A stretch of 46,839 bases of DNA, filler included, from Jimgerdemannia flammicorona (taxonomy: Eukaryota): the NCBI GenBank assembly GCA_003990765.1. It is 2 parts of 2 records of this genome, joined end to end, with 100 filler letters (N's around TTAATTAATTAA, not from the genome) between each part and the next. Parts side by side here need not be neighbours in the genome. Positions count along the whole stretch, not along the records: positions 23,472 to 46,839 come from RBNJ01001115.1; 1 more part is not named here. One strand, 5' to 3'. Of the stretch, positions 26,401 through 38,800 are shown one piece after another. The translations under genes and the position numbers were made by a program. Position 1 is the first letter of the stretch, and each line of letters opens with the position of its first letter. Under the pieces are notes generated by a model. It saw only the letters and a program-made list of their open reading frames with translations, ran no database searches and had not been told where the DNA came from.

Positions 26401-27868
26401 CTACTGGTGAGGTGGTGCGGTATCTGGGCATCTTCCTCTCTGTATATGGGTCTGACTTGCCATGAGTGTGGTGGGAGGGCAGGGTGAAAAGTTGGGGGGA
26501 GGCCCTTTGAGGATGGGGAGGCCGCCATATCTCTCTAGCAGGGCAGGTGTCGATCCTGAATGTATATTGGTTCCCAAAGCTGTGGTATGTGGCATATCAC
26601 CTCAACTTCCCAGCATGGGTGGTGAAGAAGCTGATGAAGGTGGCTAGGGAATAGATTTGGGTGGGGAGGAGGTCCCAGGTCAGTTGGGATACTCTTGCAA
26701 GACTGGTAATCAGGGGAGGTCTTGGCCTGGTGGATTTCCCTAAGAGGCTGCACTGCTTGAGAGCCTGGTGGTTGAAGAGAGCTGTGGAATTGCAGGGCAG
26801 AGGTTGGGTGCCTCTGCTGCAGAAGGTATGGGAGATGTGAACATCCCCCCAAGGGTCCTCAGGAGATCTGCTCTCTTTGGTGGGGCTGAATGGAGTTCAG
26901 AGGCTGCGGTTCAAGGGCTTTTGGTGGGGAGTGGCCGATGGAGCACACCGAATTGGCCTGCGATGGTAGGGTAATGAGGGGGAGGCAGCATGGGAGCCTA
27001 ATATGTGGTGTTGGGATGGACTGCTCCTAGGGGGTACTCCACTGGCTGCGTTCGATATTGGGGAGGGAGTGGAGTGTCAGCAGGGGCTTGGCCAGGACCT
27101 TTGGCCAAGTAGCTTGCAGGTGGTTGGAATTGGAGAGGAGTGGAACTGGGCAGGCATCTGGTCATGGAGTGCTGAGGTATGGAGGTGGCTTCCTCCCAAG
27201 TTCTGAGTGGTATGGTAGCGAATGTTGCAGAGGAATGTCATGCTGAATTTCCACTCAGGGCATTTAGTAGAGGGTGGACAATTTGACTGTGAGGAGTGTT
27301 ATAATGTTGGGCAGGCTGGGGGTCATGTACAGATGCTGGAACATTGCCTGGGAGAGTGTGAGGTCTTGGGGGAATTTTGGGCTGAGATAGGGGATAGACT
27401 GGGTGTGGAGCATCAGCGGGTGGGGGAGGGGGGTCACTGGGAGGACTTAAGATCTTGGCTTGTAGGTGGGGTGGGGGCTAGTTGGCTCACTGTAGGATGG
27501 GTGTTAGCAGTATGGGTAGGTCTGGCAGGCCATTGGCTTTTTGTATTTGAGGAGAGGCAGTGGTTGGGGCTGCATGAGAAGGTGTCAAGGTGGGAGGAGC
27601 TGGTGGGGGATCTGCTGACCAGATGGTGGGTGGGTTGGGGTCCTCAGGGAGGACGACGTCATGGTTTGGTGATGAAGATCTGTGAGCAGAGTGGTGGGAG
27701 GGTGGGGATAGTGTTCGACAAAGTGGTCTTTCACAGGGAAGGGGTAGGGGGGGGGGGCCCCCCTAGGGGGATTGGATAGAGGGTGGGATCATTGTAATTA
27801 TATGGGATAGATGGGTATTAATAAAGGAAGGGAGTCCAAGTGAAAAAAAAAAAAAAAAAAAAAAAAAA
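23472..27868 (+). mobile_element. Near full-length L1/Tx1-like LINE: ORF1 tail, ORF2 24120-27779 (APE endonuclease-RT-zinc finger, ~1219 codons, inactivated by nonsense changes), 3'UTR, poly(A)
   Basis: MNSTTNIFSLNVNGL, GDFN and WSDH (APE). NWRLIMLLDIDRKM, LDQEKAY, GVPQGDPLSP, AFADDM and VRYLGI (RT). CEEC...EHCLGEC (zinc finger). The ORF pieces at 24348, 24624, 24906, 25197, 25680, 27003 and 27222 all share one frame. A tail at 27843-27868. Confidence 0.96.
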
Positions 27869-30800
27869 GTAATTATTCATATAAGAAGAGTTAGATTAAT
27901 TGATAGACCTTAGTATAATTCAACTCTCAGAGAGTCTCTGGACCTTCTCAGTGGTTATTTCAGACAAAAAGAACAGAAACTTATAATTTTGTAGTAATTT
28001 CCAGAAGCTCAACCTAGTGACTATTAAGAATACATATCTCTTGCCAAGGATTAACAAACTGTTAGATATATTGAGTAGTAATATATGGTTCTTAACCTTG
28101 GACCTAAAGAGTAAGTTCTGGTAAATTGAATTGATACCTAAGAATAGACTAAAAATAGTATTCATTATAATATTTAAGCTATATAAGTACTAATGTATAC
28201 TGATAGGCCTATGAATTTACTGGCAATATTTCAATAACTGATAGATCTTATCTTATAGCTATATATCAATAAGTTTATATTAGTCTATATAGATGATATG
28301 TATCATTATATACTTTACAACTTATAAGGAGTATATAGAGTACTTAGTTATGGTAATAGAAGCCTTTTACTAACTAAATCTTATGCTCAACTATAAGAAA
28401 TATTTCTTCATACAAAAACAGATTACATATCTAGGACATATCATCAATGATATCAGAATCCATATAGATCTGGTTAAAATATAATAGGTCAGCACTTTTT
28501 CAGCACCAAGAATCCTTAAGAATATATACTAGTTCCTAGGAATTATGAGGTATTATTGGTAGTTTATACCTAGTTTTACTATAGTAATACTATCTCTTAT
28601 AAGGTTAATCTCTAAGAAGTATGTCTTCATATAGTTGGAGGACATATAGTATATCTTTGAGGAGCTTCAGGATCATCTGATCAAAGTATCTACCCTGGCT
28701 TATCTATGTAATGAGATTTCTTCCATCTTGCAGACAGATACTTTGGACTATATAATTGAGTATATACTCTTCCAGATAGGGATTGATAATCTTGAGCACT
28801 CTATCACTTATATAAGCAGAACTCTAACTAATATAGAGCAGAGATATATAATGATAAAAAAGAAAGAATTAGCAGTTATATAGAATATAGATTAGTTTCA
28901 CTATTATTTGGATACTAATCATCTCTTTATCATACAAACTAATTATATAGCTCTTAAATCTATTCTAGCTATTAAGAAACCCAAGATATATAGAGTACAG
29001 TAGATTGTTAAGTTGATGGCTTACTAGTATACTATTGAACTTTGGCCCAGATAGGTCCACTTAAATACCAATATACTATCTCAATTAATAGAACTTGAAT
29101 CTGAGCAGGAGGATCTGATAGAAGTCTATATGGCTGATAAAGAAAAGATAGAATATGTGAATACTAGATAGACCCCAATAGTATATGATGTAGTTCTTAC
29201 CAGAGTAATCAGCATCACACCTTGCAACCACTATTTAGCTACTCCAATTTAGAGAAAAATAGGAGAAACTACTTAGAAGCTTAAGGTATACTACTTCATA
29301 GATCACCTGTAGACTCTTTGCTATATTAAATATAAGGAAGTCTTATCTCATTCCAATCAGATATCTTCTATAATAGACTATTTCTATGAGATAGTACATT
29401 TCAGACTCAAGAATACCTTATGGGTAGTATAATATAAATATCAGTAGCCAGAAATATTTCAAGATATATAATACTATATTGCCTCTTATAGAACCTATCA
29501 GGCATAAGTCAGCTCAAAACAGTATAAGAAACTAGTATCTATTGAGATAACAGACCTATTTAATAGAGTTGATATGGACTTTATTAGGCTCCTACTTATG
29601 ATAGACTATACTAATATATACATCATAGTCAGTATTGACTATATAACTAAGTGGATTGAGGTCCAAGCCACTATAGACACCACCATTACTACAGCTACCA
29701 GGTTTATATATATATAAAGATATTATTTATTAATATAGTTGTCTGGTAATTTTACAGAGTAACCAGAGAAGTTATTTCATAAGGAATGTTATTAGAGAAC
29801 TAACTGTCCATTATACAAATTCACTACTCCTTATCATCTGCAATCTAATGGCTTAGTAAAATACTTTAATAGGACCAAAAAATCTACTCTAAAGAAGCTT
29901 GTCCTTGAGAATAAAAATAACTGAGATCTATATCTACCTATAGTGCTTTTTGTATATCATATTATAATCCAGACAATGATATATTATTTACTATTCATAC
30001 TTACCTATAGGTAAGAGACTTGGTACCTATTTGGACCCATCATCAGCTTAATTGACAACTATATAAAGAGAGCTCTGGTCAAAGTGATCAATAGACATAT
30101 AGAGGAAATTATACATCTTGACAGTAAGGTATATAAGTAAGTACTAAAGTAAATCAGGAATAAGCAAGTATATATGACAGAAAGCTTAGTATAATGCACA
30201 GAGGGCATGGGGTCTTATCTTGCTATTGATAGAGAGAGATCTAGTAATATTGTATAAAGAAACTACTGGTCTGTGAGAATCTCAGTAGAGAGACCCATAT
30301 ATAGTTAAGATAGTTTATAGAAATGATACATATTAACTCACAGAGGTTGACAGTGTAGATTTAGAGGCTCTCTAATATAGAAATAGGCTTTGGACATATA
30401 TTATAAGAGTGTAGGAACCAGAGATAGATAGGATTAAGTATGGGAAAATAATGAGAAGACTGAGTTTAGAGTAAAATTAAATACTTGCAAAACTGGCAGA
30501 GTGAAATTTCAAGTATAAAGTGATAGCTAGAGAGGAATTTGTAAGTATATAGCAACCTAAAAAATAGAGAAAACTGTATAACCATATATATAGGATAAAC
30601 TGAAACCTACTTAGTGAACTTTTTTTTTTATAAGATATCTTATATTAAAGAACAGGCCATTAGTATATATAAGGTATAGGTGGACCAATATTGATATAAA
30701 AATATATTGTAGCCTTATTTTTCCTTTTTTTGATATTTCAGTACTCTTGTTTCATTTTGCTTTATTTTCTTCTTCTCATCTTTACAGAGAAACTAGCCAT

Positions 30801-31862
30801 TATGACTAACTTCCTATTATGAGCAATTTATCATTCTTTCTCCACCCATGAGACCCTATGACTCTGAGGCCAAGTCTTATACATACCTGTATTCTCCTTT
30901 ATACTTCAAGTAGTCTTTATATTTTCTTTATCTCATCTTTATAATAACAACTTCTTGTATCTATCTCAATCAAGTAAATCTGCTCTGACTAATAAGAATG
31001 AAGTATTTTAGTATTTTGGACTAAAACTCCAACAACCTCCACTTGAAGTCTATTAATATCAGTAGTTTCAGTTAGCTCCTAGAGATCTGGACAGTATTGT
31101 AAATTGGCAAGAAAGGTACTTATGCTGATAGATATATGAAAGAAGACTAGAAAGTAATACCAAGATCTCTCAGATAGACACTATAATACTAATAAAGTAT
31201 AACTCTTATACCTGGGCCTGATGAGAGGAGTTATTTCTCTGGTTCCTAATCTTGGTAATAATATGTAATACAGATAACCAAATAGTAATAACTTTTATTG
31301 TCTTGAACATTCTGGAATAATATATGATAAAGTAGCTATTAGAAGAGTCTCACTATTAAATTTCTAGTATAGTATACTTTGAAGTAGTATATAAAGCATT
31401 AATATTCTATAAGTATTACAAGTAGTCTACTGACTGTACAAAACAAATATATAATGAATATTATAATAAGCATATGAATGAGGAGGTCTTCTGATAGTTG
31501 AAGCATAAGATCTTATATATTTTGAAATAGTATTTGATAGTTAAAATATCTATAGAGAATATTCTTCAGTTTCTAGACAATGAATAAGATATATTCTTAG
31601 AAGAACAACTATATACTAGAGACCTCAATAAGCTTGTAATTCTTAATAAAGATCTGGCTGACTTTGACTCATGCCCTGGTATTCTCTAGCCTCTTCATTA
31701 TCTGAGGTTAAAAGACAGATCTCTTGATGCTAGATAATCCCCAATTACTATGCCTTCAATGCTTTTTCCACCAGTTAGGCCTTTTGGTATCCCTAATAAT
31801 CCATCAGTATTATCTATAGGATGAGTCAAAAAAAAAAAAAAAAAAAAAAAAGAGAGGGTAAA
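27869..31862 (+). mobile_element. Decayed Ty3/Gypsy pol (RT-RNaseH-integrase, ~27870-30410), 3' extra region and polypurine tract
   Basis: SIIQLSESLWTFSVVISDKKNRNL*FCSNFQKLN...YLLPRINKLLD...TLDLKSKFW*I (RT). DMDFI...SIDYITKWIE and TTPYHLQSNGLV (integrase), in RT-RH-IN order. A(n)GAGAGGG PPT-like tract at ~31828-31858; a probable 3' LTR begins at ~31863. Confidence 0.88.
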
Positions 31863-32309
31863 TATAAAGGCATATATCTAGAAATTGATATATCCTAACA
31901 GATAAAATTCTTATATAACTCTACCATTGGCCATTAATGGAAGAAGTCTGCTGTGAGTTATTATGTGCTTCTTCTATAAGAATTACTTAGAGAAAGCTTA
32001 TATATTATAGTAGAATTATCTAGCAAATATCAAGAATATATATAAATAATAAAAAATTAAGAATGACAATAAAGCAGTTCTGGAATCTTAAATAAGTATA
32101 CATATATTGTCAAGGATTGGATATCTAAGGAATATTACATATTAGATCACTTTTTAGACTTTCCTGATAGTCTTTAGATATATTTCTTAGTAAAAATTCT
32201 TAGTAAACTCATCTATATATCTCTAATAAATTCTTTCTATATTAACTATACTCTATTTATAACTATTTTCTTATTGATAATTCTTGTATAATCTTTATAA
32301 GTATTGATA

Positions 32310-32629
32310 TAGAGATCTCAAATAGCTGGCCATATGGCCAATGACTGGTCAGAGTGGCTCAATCTTAAATTTACAGCCAACTAACCTTAAATTTAGTCTT
32401 ACCAGCTAGCCAATCTATAAATTTAAGGCTGAGCTACTCTATTTCAGTCTTAAATTTATAGCCAACTAATTAAGTGACATTTATAGACCTTTTATTTAAT
32501 TTGGAAAATTTAGAAATCAAAATAGCCAAATAAGATCTAACTACTTAGTCAACTAGCCAAATTATAAATTTTAAGATCAAGCTACTCTGGCCAGCTATTG
32601 GCTATATGGTCAGCTATCTGGGATCTCTA
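32310..32629. mobile_element. hAT-type MITE, 320 bp
   Basis: ~60-bp imperfect TIRs, TAGAGATC...GATCTCTA. The 8-bp flanks TATTGATA and CATTAATA both derive from CATTGATA by single transitions. An 8-bp TSD is the hAT hallmark. Confidence 0.85.
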
Positions 32630-33721
32630 CATTAATATAGTTATATATAAGCTACATATAAGTCACAAATTATCAAGATATAATAATTTCAATAATATTA
32701 TTTTGAGCACCACTAGTTTCATAATGGTTTATATTTAGAAAACTTAAACAATTTTACAGTAGGAGATAGATAGAAATATAGAGTACAATATTCATCTATG
32801 TATGTGAATTTGTCCTCTATATAGTATATTAAATTAAAGTATGTCAGTATTACTTAGATGATTAGTGACAGTAATATATCATCATTACAACTGACCAAAA
32901 TCAATCCAAAAGACTAGACCAATGAAATATATTGGTATAACAACTCAATATACTAATATATAGCCTTATGTTATTTTATCAGATTTATATCATTTATCAG
33001 TAATACAGAGAAATAGGCAATCTATACAACTTTAATAAAATTGCCCTCTTTCATAATAAAGATTATGAGTTCTACTAGTACTAAGTGGCTATAGCAAAAC
33101 ACTTCTTTAAAATACACTATGCTAGAAATATCAGATGACTAGTCTAGTAATATAAGATATACCAATCATGTATATTCCAGTAATGACAGTTTGCACTATA
33201 GATATAACTACAACAATAGATATGGGAAACATAGTCCCAGTTATTAGCATAAATACAATCAAAAGGTCCATCTCAATCTTCAATAGAAGAGACTATGCCA
33301 TTTGGATATTCTATATGATAAATCTCCTTGACAAATATAGCTTAGCAGAGTATATAAAGCCATAAGCACTAATTTAAGATTATGACATTATAAACAATTG
33401 CTAAGTATTATATGAGATTATATTTATATTATCAAACTTATAAATAAAGCTCATAATATATACTATAATAGCTCATAATATATGAGAGATTCTATATACT
33501 CATTATATGCAAGTATCTACATCCAATTGATTTTATCTAAAATCTCAATTATTCAATATACAAATGAAGCTCAAGAAGAGTATCTATGAATATACTAATC
33601 ATATTGATGATCTGGTAAATCAAGTGAATTCTCTTAGTACATCTATAGATTATATTAGTAATGAAGATAAGGTTATAGCACTCATAAGGGGACTTCTAGA
33701 TATGTATAATATTGTTATCAC

Positions 33722-34063
33722 TAGTGCTCCCAAAACGAATATTCGAATCAATTCAGAGTGGATATATATGGTATTTAAATTGAATTGATTCAATTCAATT
33801 TGAATATTGTTTTGATTTCCAAATTAGAATACAAACATTTTCCTCAATAACTTCATGAGTTTTCATCTAATTTTGATAAAACTAGTGTCATTGGAAAGCA
33901 CTCTATAATGGCTTTCCAATGACACCAAGGTTACCGAAATCAGATAAAAGCTCATGGAGTTATTGAGGAAAACGTTTGTATCCTAATTTGGAAATCAAAA
34001 CAATATTCAAATCGAATGAAATCAATTCAATTCAAATACCATATATATCTGATTCAAATATTC
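33722..34063. mobile_element. Foldback/MITE-like palindromic insertion in Copia gag
   Basis: Arms of ~160 bp (33737-33899 and ~33911-34063) are near-perfect reverse complements around an ~11-nt loop. The left end is TAGTGCTCCC; the matching right terminus is missing. Confidence 0.85.
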
Positions 34064-36797
34064 ATTACAGTAAGTATAGACATAGGAAACACCATTGTTA
34101 TAGTTGAGAAAATGATAAGAAGAGTGGTGAAAATAAGCAACAATATGAAAAAAGTCAATACTGGTAATATTGGAGTAGCAGAAGAACTATCAAGAGAAGC
34201 ATAGTAATATAAACACTATTGAAACTGATAAAAGTGATAATCTATTTTTTGTACAAGCTACCAGTTCTACTACTAATACTAGTTCTACTAGTGTAAGATC
34301 TACTACATCTATGAAATCTAATCAGAAGAATGATAATTTTGGACTATAAAGTCTTATTAAATCTACTGCCAGCACTAGCTCTATCAGTATGAGACCTATA
34401 TCTATGAGCAGTTCTATTACTGTTAAATCCACCAATCTGATATCTAAAACCAGTTAGCAAAACACTTTTGAGTAGATGAAAAGTAGTAATAATATCAGTA
34501 CTACTAACAACCATATATCTGCTAGTAGTAAATCTGTCAATATAGCTGATGATAATAATATCTGATTAATGGATTCTGAAGTTATATAATATATAATGCT
34601 ATATAGAGAATAGTTCTCTATATATAAGTCTTTTGAATATTCTGTATCTATCAAATTAGAAAACACCAATATCATCTATGTTCAAGAAAAGAGAAATATA
34701 GAGATATATTTCAATGAAAATATCATCAAGCTCACTACTAGTCTTGGGGACATACTGTATACTTTAGAGATAGGAAAGAACTTCTTCTCTATAAATAAAA
34801 TAATAGTCCATAGTAACAAAGAAATATATATATATATACAAAAAATACTACTACATATAACTTATATAATAATAAGCTAATAACAGCTTTGAAATATAGA
34901 AATCTTTATACAATTAATGATATATCAAATAGAAATAGCATAAAAGTCTCTACTTATATAACAACTATATCTAATATATTTAATATATAGTATCAATGCT
35001 TAGGATATATTAGCAAGATGAGTCTCAAACATATGATAAGAAGTGACTTGGTAAGTAGATTGTCAGCATATATATATTTAGAAGATAGCTTTTGTAAGAT
35101 ATATATAGAAAACAAAGCTTTCTAGTAACTATTTGAAGAACAATTAAAACATGCCTTAGAGATCCTCAATCTAATCTATATAGATATATATAGCCTAATG
35201 TATACTCTATCATATTCCAGTAAGAGATATTTTCTGATATTTATTAATAATCATATATATAAAGCATATGTATATTTCCTATCAGCAAAGAATAAAGCCT
35301 TAAAAAAATTCAAAGAATTCAAAGTGATTACTGAGAATGAAACAGAATATAGAATATATAATATGTACTTAGATAATAGATATAAATATATCAATAATAT
35401 ATTTAGAGAATTCTTAATAAGATATAGCATAAGCTATCAAATGATAGCTCCTTATATACCTTAGAAAAATAGTATAACTGAGTGATTTAACCATATAGCT
35501 ATCAAAATAGTACAGATAATGATCAATACTGCTAGATTAGGACATTCCTATTAGGCTAAAGCTATCAATATGCATATATTTATAATTAGTACATTTCTCA
35601 ATTACTAAGTAAGAATTCTAGCAATATGTATTCCAGAGATGCTGATCTTATCTCTGAAGAATTATGGAGTAAAATAAAGCTAGATATATATATATTTAGA
35701 TACAATATATATATCCTTAATAAAAATAATATTAATTAGTATAAATTCAAACCAAAGGTAGTTAAGTACATACTTTTTAGATATAGCAGAAAATTATATA
35801 GACTTTGGAATCTACATATGAAATATATAGTGATTTTACATAATGTATAGTTCAGAGAAAAAGAAAAAAATAATAAGATCTATATAAAAGTCTTAGTAGA
35901 AATCTCTATATTTTAGTTAGTACAATAACTAGCATTAATAATATCTCTGATAATTCCAGCAGTAAATCAAAATTATTTTTAACCACTATATATATCTAAG
36001 CTAGAGTTGTCTGAGCCAAGAATTACTAAGATCAAAGATGATGATAGTGAATTCTCCAATAATGAGGAATCTTTCATTAAAGACAAAAGTAAGCAAAAGT
36101 CAAAGTATAAGCTCAGGAACAAGATATATTTAGAATTAGAAAGTTATTAGGATATGCCAGTAAGCTCTAGATAACAGTAATATCAAGACTACATGAGCTA
36201 TACCAAAGCATACAAATGTATATATATCATAATATCTAATGAGCTAAATATATACAATAAAGCTATAAGCAATACTGATAACAAAAAAATAGCAATGTAT
36301 AATAGATGAGAAATATGATTTGCTTATTGAGAATGGTATTTGAGATCTAGTACTCCTTCTGCCAAATTATTAAGCAATTAGATCCAAGTAGGTCTATAGA
36401 ATTAAGCATAAGAGCAATAGAAGTATAGAGTAGTATAAAGCTCATTTTGTTACCAAGAGTTATTTATAAGATTATAGTATAGACTATAATGAGATATTTT
36501 TGCCAATATTCAAGCTTACTTTACTTAGAATACTCCTTGTAATTGACATAGTATATAACCTTGAAATCTATTAAATAGATATAAAGACAGCATTTTTAAA
36601 TAGTAACATAGATACCAAATTATATATCTATCAACTATAAGAATATAAACTATATAATAGCCCAAATAGTAAACTCTTATGAAAATTATACAAAGGACTA
36701 TACAGCATCAAATAAGTGGCATAGTTATGAAACAAAAGAGTTGATAAACATCTTCTTGACAATGAGTTCACATATTATAAAGTAGATAATTATATAT

Positions 36798-37240
36798 TGT
36801 GATATATGGTATGAAATCGAAATAGAGAATAGACACTTGATTGCACCCAGTCCCAAAGTAGTATAGTCTTATAGTTAGCAGTCCTTGATTTCGACATTAT
36901 CTAAGTTTTTTTAGATATTATCCAAATCGAACATCCTGATTTAGTATAGTATTTAGACATTGTCCAAATATTTTGACAAAGTCCAAATGACTCATTTATT
37001 ACTTAGCCACCCTCTCATAGCTAGTAAACTTATATAAATAACCCAGTATCTTCAAGTGAATAAACCTCAGATTGAAAGTATTAGAAAAAGAACAAGTATA
37101 CTGATAAAAGGACCTTTGGGATTACCTCTTTAAAAACACATTTGACCTTAAGGAACTACTGACTCTGGGAGTCAAGAAGACAAGAATTCAAGATAAAGAA
37201 ATCTGACATACTTGCCCATCTTAGCATCCACTACATTACA
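36798..37240. mobile_element. Solo LTR (443 bp) inserted in the Copia RT
   Basis: TGTGAT...ATTACA termini and a 4-bp TSD ATAT. Copia RT reads ..VDNYIY before the insert and resumes ..IVFISI*VDNII (YVDD-equivalent) after it. Confidence 0.85.
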
Positions 37241-38546
37241 ATATATATCTAGTATTATAGTATTTATTAGTATATAGGTTGATAACATAATCATAATTAC
37301 TAGTAGAAATAGACTTAATAGAGTTAAAGAAGCCCTATACTGAGAATTCAAGATAACTGATATAGATAATATATCTTTCTTTTTAGTAATATTGATTATA
37401 TATGATAGAAATATATACATATACCATATATCTCTCACAAGAAACATATGCCAAAGCCATCCTCAAACACTTCAATGTGAATGAATATAAGTCAGTCAGC
37501 ACTCCTATAAATACTTTTGTAAAGTTAAGGAAGCCAAATACCATATCTAAGAATAATGACAATAAGAATAATATCAAAAATATTCTCTATTAGCAAGTGG
37601 TCAGCTCTCTTATATATCTCATACTAGGAATAAGACTCAATATATCATACTCTATAAATAAGATAGTGCAGTATTCCTCCTACTATAATAATTTACATTG
37701 GAGTATTATTAAGAGGATTTTCCAATACTTAAAGAAATTAGTATACTATATGCTTATATTGGGTGATAACATTAGATTAAGCAGGAGAAATAGCAAAAGC
37801 AACAGCATCCAGCTATCTAGGGCATATACATAATACCAATTGGATCAGAGACTTGGATGATCACTGATTTATGACTAGATATCTCTTCCATATTGGTAAA
37901 AATGATAAAGGATCTGTAATCTTATAATAAATATATAAGCAATCTTCCTTTGCAATATCATCTATATAAGCTGAATATCAGGCTTTATCATTGGTAACAA
38001 AGGAAGCCATATGGCTCTGCAAATTATTAAAGGAGCTCAGCTTTATGCAAGAAAGTACTATACTATACCAAGATAACCAGTCTATAATTGTACTCATCAA
38101 GAATCCAGTATATTACAGTAGAATAAAACATATCAATATACAATATCATTTCATTTGCAAATACATAGAAAATGGTGCAATATACCTGAAATACATCCCC
38201 ATAAAGTATATAATTGCAGACTCATTGACTAAAGCCCTTCCAAAGTCAAAGTTCAAGCAATGCACTAAAGGAATGAGTCTTACAAGCTATACATTAACTA
38301 TGGGACAATTTTCAGGCTATCAAAAGCCTCTCATACCATCTATGCATCTAACTTCTACATTGGTTACATCCCTTATCTACGAGTGGGTTACAGTGCTTTT
38401 CTGTGGGTATTTTCGGATATTTCATATATTTTGAAATACTTTTCGACCCACGAAAATTCTTTAGATATAGGATTTCTAGTTCTTTGGGTTATATGCAGTT
38501 CTAGTTTTTTTTGCATGTGTTTTGCATTGCTTTTTATTCTAGTTTG

Positions 38547-38600
<54 letters not shown>

Positions 38601-38800
38601 GGTACATGTTGTATTCTTTTTTTTGGTTACATATCTCGTTGAGCGGGAGTGTTGAGATGGCAACTCGATATGCCAGCACGTGACCTTACGCCATTCCATC
38701 AGATTTACGTCATTCATCAGTAACGCAGAGAAATACGCGACCTACGCAACTTCAATAAAATCGCCCTCTTTCACAACAAAATGAAAAAGAAACATATGTA

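Larger units (their letters stand above)
32930..38778 (+). mobile_element. Complete but dead Ty1/Copia retrotransposon; LTRs 32930-33058 and 38650-38778 (129 bp each)
   Basis: TSD AAATA/AAATG. PBS GATTATGAGTTC (mutated GGTTATGAGCCC) at 33061. Gag at ~33564-33720, protease I*LMDSE at ~34560, integrase at ~35170-35490, RT at ~36300-37830, RNaseH AEYQAL...EAIWL...YQDNQS...KHINIQYHF...ADSLTKAL at ~37970-38240. PPT GAGCGGGAG at 38641-38649. Confidence 0.95.

Noticed and set aside
23473..27779. In-frame stops in LINE ORF2 as programmed readthrough or an alternative genetic code
   Set aside because: The stops are mixed TGA/TAG/TAA, explained by C>T/G>A changes. Host genes use the standard code.
17945..31862. 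LTR 17945-18872 and pol 27869-30410 as a single element
   Set aside because: The sequence after the PPT (~31863) does not match that LTR, and an assembly gap intervenes.
38383..38717. Poly-Phe and poly-Lys ORFs
   Set aside because: Artefacts of the ~50-nt T homopolymer in the Copia 3' region.
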